DNA of 38,640 nucleotides, from positions 1 to 38,640 of the IMG/VR virus record IMGVR_UViG_3300024308_000004. One strand, 5' to 3'. The first letter of the stretch is position 1; every line of letters begins with the position of its first letter. This stretch comes from a virus (lineage: Duplodnaviria > Heunggongvirae > Uroviricota > Caudoviricetes). Positions 28,901 to 34,561 of this stretch are shown here, piece after piece. A model generated the notes under the pieces. It had not been told where the DNA came from and ran no database searches. It saw only the letters and a program-made list of their open reading frames with translations. Position numbers and translations under genes: made by a program.

Positions 28901-30714
28901 GCGTCTTCCGCGTCACTGCGCGTGCCAAGTTGTGGATGAGTGGTTCGGGTAACGTTCTGTTCCGTCTGTTCCGTAAGCTGGAAGATGGTTCGGTAAACGC
29001 CTATAACGACATTTACATCCCGGGTGGTGGTGCAACAAATGCTTGGGCAGATTACAACTTGGATTTCCCGGCATGTCCGGCGAATACAATTGGCGTCTTC
29101 CTGCGCGTTTATGTTCACCCGAACGCTGGTACTGTGGACTTCGACAAGATCGAGTTGCGGAACGTGACAGGTGAAGTTGCTGCCAACGCTGCCGCATCGG
29201 CTGTGAGTTCGCTCACTACCCGCGTGACGGCTGCGGAAGGTTCGATCACGTCGCAAGGCACTCAGATTACCTCCCTGCAAAACAGCATTGCTGGCGTGCG
29301 TGGTGGTAAGAACATGATTTCCAATGGTCTGTTTGACATGGGTGGTGATGTGGGTTGGACGATTGCGAGTGGTACTTGGACGTTCCCGGCAGAAGGTCGT
29401 AACGGCAGCTTGTGTGCCAAGCGTGTGGGTCCGGGCAACACCACACCTCATACGCTGCGTGCCAATGCTGACGCTTCGACGCCTGTAACTGCTGGCAAGA
29501 CCTACCGCATTAGTTGCTGGTACAAGAACGATGCGGCTTGGAACGGCACACCGGGCAACAGCAAGATGCGTTTGGCTGATCAGGGTGGTAACCTGCTGAA
29601 CACCGTAGGTAACATTTGGTTCGCACCGAACAAAACCGAGTGGACGTATACAGAAGGTTTGTATACGGTTCCTTCCGCGAGTAGCACCGTCACCGGTCTG
29701 CGTTTGACCATCGTGCTGGATAATGCGGCTGGTACCATTTGGATTGACGATGTGTGGTTAGAGGAAGTGTCGGGTGAAGTTGCCAACAGTTCTGCGATCA
29801 CTACACTGCAATCGACTGTGACCCAGCAAGGGAACACGCTGACTGGACAAGCCTCGCAGATCACTTCGCTGACCACGAGCATCGCTGGCAAGGCTGACGC
29901 CTCCATCGTGACCTCGCTGGAAACCAAGGTGAATGCGAACATGAATGGTGGTGGTAATCTGCTGGTCAATGCAACGTTCGCAACCGATATTAGCGGCTGG
30001 GGATTTGCTTGGAACCCAGGCGGTTGGTGGCTGAATCGTGACACAGCGGGCGCTGATTGGACGCCGTACGGTGGTCACACCATCGGTATGAACAAGGCTG
30101 GTGTGCTTGCGCAGGGCAATTACGGCGTGGTGTATCCATCCGTACCGATCCCGGCTACTGCTGGTAAGCGTTACATGTTCTCCTGCAAAACTGCTGGTCA
30201 TCGTAGTCGTCGGATGATTAGTATGAAGTTCATGGACGTTAACGGTAATAACCTTGCCGAACCACAGTCTACTTGGACCGATAGCGCTCAAACCGGCAGT
30301 AATGGTGGTAAGGCGTTGTCTAACTGGAACGATCAGGTGGTCACGGCTATCGCTCCGACAGGAACAGTGGCAGTTGTTGCTGGCTTCTGGGCTGACGGTC
30401 GTGGTGAAAGCGATCCGTACTGCTGGTACACGCAGCCGATGTTGGAAGAGGTGCCGTTGGACAAGACAACACCAAGTCCATATGCCCCCGGTGGTGCGGA
30501 TGCCTACGCCAGCTACTCGGTGTATACTGACGTTAACGGTTACATTGCCGGTATTCAGTTGAAGAACAGCGGCACTCAGTCCAGCTTCACCATCCTTGCG
30601 GACCAGTTCCGTATTGTGAAGCCGGGCAGTAACCTTCGGACGGAGTATTCCGACGGCAACTGGCGAGCTTACGACGGTAACGGTGTGTTGCGAGTCCGAA
30701 TGGGTGTTTGGTAA
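22903..30714 (+). CDS. Central tail fibre/host-specificity protein J with seven carbohydrate-binding-like modules
   Basis: gpJ N-terminus (LISEGPI, YRLGT, WTDNPAWI, EPRFTCN), FN3 region, coiled coil, seven GG-NL...F-initiated beta-sandwich modules, C-terminal DUF1983-like region (YIAGIQL...ADQFRI...LRVRMG). The real start may be GTG/TTG near 22921-22924. Confidence 0.93.
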   Translation: MNKEKRVLDLKKTPLAIAVQGYKGGGNRTPVEAPNTLKSSAIANLLDLISEGPIVGLVDGLKSVYLDETPVESSNGTRNFTNFQIDYRLGTPDQSFIPGFDSVENEISVGVELKQGSPFIRQFTNTNLDAIRVRLSVPALHKTNKENGDISGTSVAYQIAISTDNGPYNTVLSTSFNGKTMNKYERDHKIDLPPANQGWSIRVTRSTPNSTASELQNQTFVESLVEVIEAKLRYPNSAVIGVKLEASQFSNIPGRAYDVKGRIIRVPTNYNPEDRSYSGVWDGTFKLAWTDNPAWIYYDLATHPRYGLGHLITDLQVNKWVLYSIAQYCDGLVPNGRGGQEPRFTCNMFLQKQADAYKVLQDLATVFRGIAYWANGEIQAIQDRPDEPVFMYSPANVIAGKFGYEGTARKTRFNVALVSWNDLTNMGRAAIEYVDDPEGIARYGIQQTDVTAVGCTSQGQAQRVGRYLLATSKYETQSVTFQVGLDGTLVAPGKIILINDPLRAGIRLGGRITAGPDNHSVFVDGEPGQIEIGDTLRVALPDGTMESRTVSSINGNQIIVSVAFTQAPQDDAMWSAERANVQALRYRVLAVTEEDGKVFTITAIRHVEGKFSNADNGTRIDPPKENQMTPVSQDSVTDLALTSYNAVDYVSTSQVVVASWNAPKNAVKFQVEWKRDSGPWTKLPETEFTIAEIRDAWFGTYLVRVRAVNSNNILSQPVTSQPFVLSALTTPPGVIVEIDDKVQDNYEEMIRKDAENAQAIVDEALARTQKDVELAQADADEAAARAAADAQEAIDRAAAIDAAVADLEAQIAAIDIGDILGAEKWDKTKSYLATTLVVSEGKLYRAKIDVPANTEITNATYWEPIGNYAELVDEVKAQAAVVSQHTTQITNINGQISTLSTDMTQVKSRLTNAEGTITANSSAINALQTNVTNLNNTVTANSSAITQLQTDMVDAKQGISANAGAITGLTTRVSNAEGLITSQGQAITKVQAGLGNIGGDNLLNNSSFENRINDVTPPTGWGTAFGGSMGSIVHSYVDSPLAGSTKAWRVTGTAASGGATQILGLSESVTAANLIKAVPGQKHTLSAFMRGTATNATALLIIWYYNSAGTSVATHVSPAVTLDAANFNRFTFTVPTAAPANTVEVRAQLRLQTTVAGNYTFEIDNAQLQLGEVATNWMPSALEVAQQAANTASALTSLTATVTQQGNTITSQGNAITNLQTAVAGKADAQALVDLTSRVVVTENSITSLNSSVTTLNSNMSNIGGDNLLSNSSFEQGEPSGLNAGPGWNLERIRGDIPCAFSRVPSMLTGGGNALRLEWTAANAEDWAGVNRAGPGAGYMRIKPLTDYVLSTWVRGTAGTRFQIYVVWFNETGGTGMGTITSQFVFATGEWQRLILPARSPSGEVKRARAYVGRQFAVTPGNYWMEVDNVMLQEGLVATAWTPSANEVATLANASASAITSLTTRVTNAEGTITTQGGQITTLNNSVNGVAMNGANWMFNSNFATGLEWWSVSAGAGNSIVWGAAAGQTGGGVTFTRGTGTSQAPYVLGRNGLWMPSQTDKPRNFRAVIIAKLTTGSSATVTARMRVRTTNTSDGGTIGESNNDQQITITDTNWKRYVFNFGPALNTRNEFMFQFWVGTEGTAVTFDRIEVYDMTEQLVGEANAAATTALTTRVTAAEGAITSTSQNITQLSNSISLIQGGSSSIWQQGTFEQWADGTVLAGNQAGGTSATVRAAAARQGVRGMEWNVTANTSPTTNADLYMGNFVSISGARKIYVEFWAKLADTSIDAPTGTFGVGINTQSETGANNWPRTNTAINTLSKTEWTKISGYLTTNVNTARMRMFLSIPGTGSSGNRQVGTVIWVDDIVWMDVTDAVNAQASTDALSTALSSLTSTVTTQGNTIASQGTSITNLDNKLLGVRNLGGNLIPNADFQYNPFIQNWWMADAGGTGNDIQWGAAYGDGKSGVRITRGGTGAPFIATGNTVKSGNQAAGWFPAVAGSVFRVTARAKLWMSGSGNVLFRLFRKLEDGSVNAYNDIYIPGGGATNAWADYNLDFPACPANTIGVFLRVYVHPNAGTVDFDKIELRNVTGEVAANAAASAVSSLTTRVTAAEGSITSQGTQITSLQNSIAGVRGGKNMISNGLFDMGGDVGWTIASGTWTFPAEGRNGSLCAKRVGPGNTTPHTLRANADASTPVTAGKTYRISCWYKNDAAWNGTPGNSKMRLADQGGNLLNTVGNIWFAPNKTEWTYTEGLYTVPSASSTVTGLRLTIVLDNAAGTIWIDDVWLEEVSGEVANSSAITTLQSTVTQQGNTLTGQASQITSLTTSIAGKADASIVTSLETKVNANMNGGGNLLVNATFATDISGWGFAWNPGGWWLNRDTAGADWTPYGGHTIGMNKAGVLAQGNYGVVYPSVPIPATAGKRYMFSCKTAGHRSRRMISMKFMDVNGNNLAEPQSTWTDSAQTGSNGGKALSNWNDQVVTAIAPTGTVAVVAGFWADGRGESDPYCWYTQPMLEEVPLDKTTPSPYAPGGADAYASYSVYTDVNGYIAGIQLKNSGTQSSFTILADQFRIVKPGSNLRTEYSDGNWRAYDGNGVLRVRMGVW

Positions 30715-30720
30715 CATAAC

Positions 30721-30740
30721 GGGGCTCCCTAGGGAGCCCC
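30721..30740. repeat. Perfect 20-bp palindrome, possible weak terminator/processing hairpin
   Basis: GGGGCTCCCTAGGGAGCCCC followed by AACTTTT, directly after J. Confidence 0.8.
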
Positions 30741-30758
30741 AACTTTTAGGAGGTTAAT

Positions 30759-31034
30759 ATGGGTGTAGGAATCGAAGTCTATAATGCCGACGGGTCCTTG
30801 CAGTTCGACATTGGTACCCGTGTGTTCCGAGCGCTGGTCGTTGATTTCACAACCGGTGGCTCAGCGGGCTCGATCACCGTGGACAACAGTATTGGAACGA
30901 TTGTCCCACAGGTCAACGTTGACGGTCAGGAAGGCACCAGTAACGATGGCCCAGTGAACGAAATAACGGTAAATGGTGGTACTGTGTCTTGGGGTTCAGG
31001 CTCTGGACAGTCAGGCTCCATCCTAGTCTACTAA
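30759..31034 (+). CDS. Small tail-associated protein
   Basis: RBS AGGAGG; N-terminal GIEVYNADGSLQFD motif typical of post-J accessory tail proteins. Confidence 0.72.
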   Translation: MGVGIEVYNADGSLQFDIGTRVFRALVVDFTTGGSAGSITVDNSIGTIVPQVNVDGQEGTSNDGPVNEITVNGGTVSWGSGSGQSGSILVY

Positions 31035-31044
31035 GGAGTAAACC

Positions 31045-31740
31045 ATGCCAGCAGGCATTCAAGTAATCAACACGGCAGGCACTGTCACCATTGACGAGAA
31101 CTACCAAAATCTGGCACTACGAGCGTCGGGCGGTATGTACTTTTCTGAAAACGGTACTCAGTTGGCGTCATTCAATTATGGCTTGACTCTCAGAAAACCG
31201 CTTTGTGCGATCCGAGTTACCGGTCAACCTGCTGGTGTTGCCAGTTGCAGTACGTCGGGTGGCGTGACCAACGTGCGAATCACCGGCATGGCTGGTGCCA
31301 GCGTCACCTGGTATGTATTTGATGTGCCGTATGCCGTCTCAAATGCCGGTTTGCAAATCTTCCGGGGTGACGGTACGTTGTGTTTCGACGCTGGTAACAA
31401 GTACGCGCGCGTAGTGGATTACTGGACAGCCAGTCAGCGCAACCAGTGGGAAGGCATGACCAAGTATTACACTGACGGGCGCGTGTACGCTTCGGCATTC
31501 TTGTCGTCTGCCGAACGTAAGCAAAACCAATTCACCGCAAACTTGTGCGGTCGACAGCGGTACCGTCAAAACATCACTTGGTACCGTCAAATGTGCCAGA
31601 TCACTTCCGGCACAAACAACACCACGTACAGTTTCCCAGCGTGGCGTGCTGATGGTGAATATGGCGACTGTGAAGTATTTCGTGGGAGTTTCTCAAAATA
31701 CTCCACAGCTATCGCCATGATCGACGTTACCGGTTACTGA
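31045..31740 (+). CDS. Tail-associated protein (DUF6453-like)
   Basis: RBS AAGGAG; motif GIQVINTAGTVTIDEN repeated internally as GLQIFRGDGTLCFDAG. Confidence 0.7.
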   Translation: MPAGIQVINTAGTVTIDENYQNLALRASGGMYFSENGTQLASFNYGLTLRKPLCAIRVTGQPAGVASCSTSGGVTNVRITGMAGASVTWYVFDVPYAVSNAGLQIFRGDGTLCFDAGNKYARVVDYWTASQRNQWEGMTKYYTDGRVYASAFLSSAERKQNQFTANLCGRQRYRQNITWYRQMCQITSGTNNTTYSFPAWRADGEYGDCEVFRGSFSKYSTAIAMIDVTGY

Positions 31741-32027
31741 CAGCCACGCTTCGTGCGGCTGTAACGGGCGTCGATGTTCATTGCGCCGTTCTTGGACTTG
31801 AACGGGTCTTCGTTGCGGATGTAATCGCGCAGATGACGGTCGAGTTCGGGGGTCAGTGCCTCGCACAGCTTGTCGCGTGCAACGCAGGACTCCTGATCGC
31901 CTCGTTCGCAACCACGACCGGCGTCGATGAAGTTTCCGATGAAGGCGTATTCCTTGGTGAACTCCTCGCGCCCCTGGGCGCTGAAAGCTGCGAGGGCGAG
32001 AGTAGCGGCAATGAGGATCTTTTTCAT
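31734..32027 (-). CDS. Small secreted Cys-containing protein (moron)
   Basis: MKKILIAATLALAAFSAQG signal peptide, RBS AGGAG, TATAAT upstream; antisense to the flanking late genes; 3' end overlaps the upstream gene by 7 bp. Confidence 0.8.
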   Translation of the reverse strand: MKKILIAATLALAAFSAQGREEFTKEYAFIGNFIDAGRGCERGDQESCVARDKLCEALTPELDRHLRDYIRNEDPFKSKNGAMNIDARYSRTKRGCQ

Positions 32028-32088
32028 GATGGACTTCTCCTGTGTGTGCGTATATTATAAACGCTAGAAATCTCCCCTCCGCAGATGC

Positions 32089-32107
32089 CCGACAAGTTGA
32101 TTGTCGG
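32089..32107. promoter_or_regulatory. Operator-like inverted repeat in a divergent promoter gap
   Basis: CCGACAA-GTTGA-TTGTCGG immediately before TAGAAT (32109-32114, plus strand). Confidence 0.45.
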
Positions 32108-32127
32108 CTAGAATAAAGGTAGTATCC

Positions 32128-32352
32128 ATGTCAACCCCTAACCCTTATGAGGTGCCCATGCAACTTCGTCTTGATTCCCGTCAGGAGTTTTCATTCAACC
32201 AAGGCAAGGTCCAGCTGACCTTCGTCCGTGTGGATGGCACTGACCCCATGCAGTTCAGTTACTTTGACGAGCCGGCGTCTGCCTTCGCTCTGTCAGTTGG
32301 CTCGGTCTATGAAATGACCCTGACCAAGATTACACCTCCGCCTGCTGAATAA
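32128..32352 (+). CDS. Hypothetical protein (74 aa)
   Basis: ATG 32128 after AAAGGT; phage-like codon usage. Confidence 0.65.
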   Translation: MSTPNPYEVPMQLRLDSRQEFSFNQGKVQLTFVRVDGTDPMQFSYFDEPASAFALSVGSVYEMTLTKITPPPAE

Positions 32353-32375
32353 ACCCCAAATCCAAGAGGCCGAAA

Positions 32376-32540
32376 ATGAAAGGACAAGAGAACGATCCGA
32401 TCATCAATGAGGTATCTCTGGCTGCGATTACCGGGGTTAACGCCCCGGATGGTTTAACCATTGTGATTGGTAAACCGCCCAAGCCTGAGAAACTTATCAA
32501 GCGTACCTTTAAAAACAAGGTGCGTAAGAAATCTACATAA
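32376..32540 (+). CDS. Small basic hypothetical protein (54 aa, not in the ORF track)
   Basis: MKGQENDPIINEVSLAAITGVNAPDGLTIVIGKPPKPEKLIKRTFKNKVRKKST; RBS GAGG; fills the gap exactly. Confidence 0.6.
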   Translation: MKGQENDPIINEVSLAAITGVNAPDGLTIVIGKPPKPEKLIKRTFKNKVRKKST

Positions 32541-32542
32541 TC

Positions 32543-32611
32543 TGGGCCCGGGCTGGGTTTACTGAGCGTAAACACCAGTATAATGCTTTTGACTCTAACG
32601 CTTACAAGGTT
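32543..32611 (+). repeat. Copy B of the bipartite element; probable promoter of the lysis operon
   Basis: TGGGCCCGGGCTGGG-N17-CCAGTATAATGCTTTTGACT with a perfect TATAAT, 25 bp before ATG 32620. Confidence 0.88.
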
Positions 32612-32619
32612 AAACCAAC

Positions 32620-32892
32620 ATGTCTCAAAACCATAACGCTTTAAACCTTCTGGTTGCTGCCAGCGAGAAGTACGCTACCGGGCTTGATGAACTGGCCCAG
32701 CTGCTCGTCAAGGATCAAATCCGGGTCGCACACCAAACTCTGAATGAGGTTCTGAATCTCAACGAATCTCTGGCACACGAAGTATCCCGGCTCCAGGAGC
32801 AACTTACTTCGCGTCGTGATCCGGTTATCCCTGACAAGAAGGGCCCGGACTACGCTAACCAGGAACCCTTAGTCTTTGAAGAGGTCACCTAA
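32620..32892 (+). CDS. Hypothetical coiled-coil protein, first gene of the lysis operon
   Basis: ATG after AAGG; heptad pattern; TAATG coupling to the next gene. Confidence 0.68.
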   Translation: MSQNHNALNLLVAASEKYATGLDELAQLLVKDQIRVAHQTLNEVLNLNESLAHEVSRLQEQLTSRRDPVIPDKKGPDYANQEPLVFEEVT

Positions 32893-33281
32893 TGTTCTCC
32901 AAGATCAAATCGTGGTTCACTGAACCGCATCTGACCCAGCATCAGATTACCCCGCGTCATGTACGCCGGACCGGTGAAGTCGTGGAAGCAACTACGGCTG
33001 AAACTGAGACGGTCAAGCTCAAGAAGTGGGTTAAGTCTACTCTGGGCACGGCACCTTGGGCTGCTCTGGCGATTATCCTGTTCGCTCTGTTTGCCCACGG
33101 CGCGGTTGCTTCCGGCGCTCTGATGTATGGTCTACTGAAAATGGCTATTGCTGTGCTGGCAACGGTCATTGCTGATGAAACCATGTTCAATGGTCTGTCG
33201 CAGCCTCAGGAAGGTTGGGTGCCTATGATTCGTCGTAGCGCCGTGTTCCTGGGTATCTGCTGGGTTCTGGCAGTCACCTAA
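32892..33281 (+). CDS. Putative holin
   Basis: About three hydrophobic segments ending MIRRSAVFLGICWVLAVT; directly upstream of the endolysin. Confidence 0.72.
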   Translation: MFSKIKSWFTEPHLTQHQITPRHVRRTGEVVEATTAETETVKLKKWVKSTLGTAPWAALAIILFALFAHGAVASGALMYGLLKMAIAVLATVIADETMFNGLSQPQEGWVPMIRRSAVFLGICWVLAVT

Positions 33282-33946
33282 TGGGTATGCTGACCAAAGG
33301 GTTAGCAAAACTGGTACTCAGCGCAAGCCTGATCCTTGGGGGTCAGGCTTTTGCGTATGGGCAGACATTACCCGCGAAGTCATACCAGTACAAAGCCATT
33401 GTCATTGCCAACGCTCGACAGTATTGGGGTCCGAACGCTAACGTGGCCCTGTTCGCTGGTCAATTCCACCAAGAATCAGGTTGGAACAATGATGCCAAGT
33501 CAGCAGTCGGCGCTAAAGGTCTCGGTCAGTTCATGCCCGGAACTGCTGCTGACGTTCACCGCAAGTATAAAGACCTGAACGAACTGCCGATCTATTCACC
33601 GCTGTGGTCTATCAAGGCGTTGTTTTTGTATGACCGCGAGTTATACAATGCCATCAAGCCGATCCGCAGCACTACTCAAATCCCGGATTGTTCTAGGTAC
33701 GCTATGATGCTTTCGGCGTATAATGGTGGACTGGGTTGGTTGAATCGTGATCGCCAGTTGACCATCAAAGCAGGCATGAATCCTGATCGCTGGTGGGGCC
33801 ACGTCGAGAATTACTCTGGTCGCGCAAAGTGGGCCATCAAAGAGAACCGCGATTACCCCGTCCGTATCATGTTGCGTCACACCCAAACGTACTTAGCCGC
33901 TGGCTATCCAGGAGTGGATGTATGCAAAATGCCCTTCAATCCCTGA
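33281..33946 (+). CDS. Endolysin, SLT-type lytic transglycosylase with N-terminal signal/SAR segment
   Basis: FHQESGW, AKGLGQFMPGT, MLSAYNGGLG, ENRDYPVRI. Confidence 0.93.
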   Translation: MGMLTKGLAKLVLSASLILGGQAFAYGQTLPAKSYQYKAIVIANARQYWGPNANVALFAGQFHQESGWNNDAKSAVGAKGLGQFMPGTAADVHRKYKDLNELPIYSPLWSIKALFLYDRELYNAIKPIRSTTQIPDCSRYAMMLSAYNGGLGWLNRDRQLTIKAGMNPDRWWGHVENYSGRAKWAIKENRDYPVRIMLRHTQTYLAAGYPGVDVCKMPFNP

Positions 33947-34395
33947 AAGACTTAAACCCAGTCGCCCTGAAAGCTAAAGCCATTAAGGTTTTAGCCTACA
34001 CGGGCGTACTGGCCGTCTTGCTGACCTTATCGTATTGCACTGGCCGGTATGACGCTGCAAGCGCGTGTAAGCGCGACGCATATAAAGAAGCTGCGCAGAC
34101 ACAGCAGCAACGCGCGGACAACGCTACAGACGCAGGGAAGCGCTTTGGGGACTATACCAAGACGCAAGCGGAGTTAGATGCAGCAGTAGCAGCGGCTAAG
34201 AAAGAGGTCACCGACTACTATGCGAAGAACCCACAAGAACCCCGGGTGGTCGAAAAGACCAAGCTCGTACCCGTACCCGGCAAAGAGGAGTTAGTTTATG
34301 TTCCGATTGGCACTTGCCCTAACGATCTGTTTGGCTCTGACGAGTTGCGGCTATTTAACAAAGGCAACAAACGTTCAGACTTTAGTAATCCCTAA
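33922..34395 (+). CDS. i-spanin (Rz-like)
   Basis: ATG 33922 after GGAG; single N-terminal TM (VLAYTGVLAVLLTLSYCTG) then coiled coil. Confidence 0.82.
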   Translation: MQNALQSLKDLNPVALKAKAIKVLAYTGVLAVLLTLSYCTGRYDAASACKRDAYKEAAQTQQQRADNATDAGKRFGDYTKTQAELDAAVAAAKKEVTDYYAKNPQEPRVVEKTKLVPVPGKEELVYVPIGTCPNDLFGSDELRLFNKGNKRSDFSNP

Positions 34396-34561
34396 AGAGT
34401 ACCTCGTAAAATGCCAGCAAGACTTGCCTGATGCAGCGTCTGGTAGCAAAGAGGACGTACAGCAGAATCGCAAGGACCACCAAGCAATCTATCACCGTTG
34501 TGCCATTAAGGACGGCGCGTTGATTGATGAATTAACCAAACAAGGCGTTAAAGGATCCTAA
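34298..34561 (+). CDS. o-spanin (Rz1-like lipoprotein), overlapping type
   Basis: Lipobox MFRLALALTICLALTS-C; starts inside the i-spanin in another frame; RBS GAGGAG. Confidence 0.86.
   Translation: MFRLALALTICLALTSCGYLTKATNVQTLVIPKEYLVKCQQDLPDAASGSKEDVQQNRKDHQAIYHRCAIKDGALIDELTKQGVKGS

Noticed and set aside
25500-30000. Repeated fibre spacers as a CRISPR array or DGR template/variable repeat
   Set aside because: Repeats are in-frame protein repeats 600-800 bp apart; no reverse transcriptase or cas gene, and no adenine-specific variant pair noticed.
24079-30717. Several 200-350 aa minus-strand ORFs inside J
   Set aside because: Shadows of a Thr/Ala/Gly-rich sense gene.
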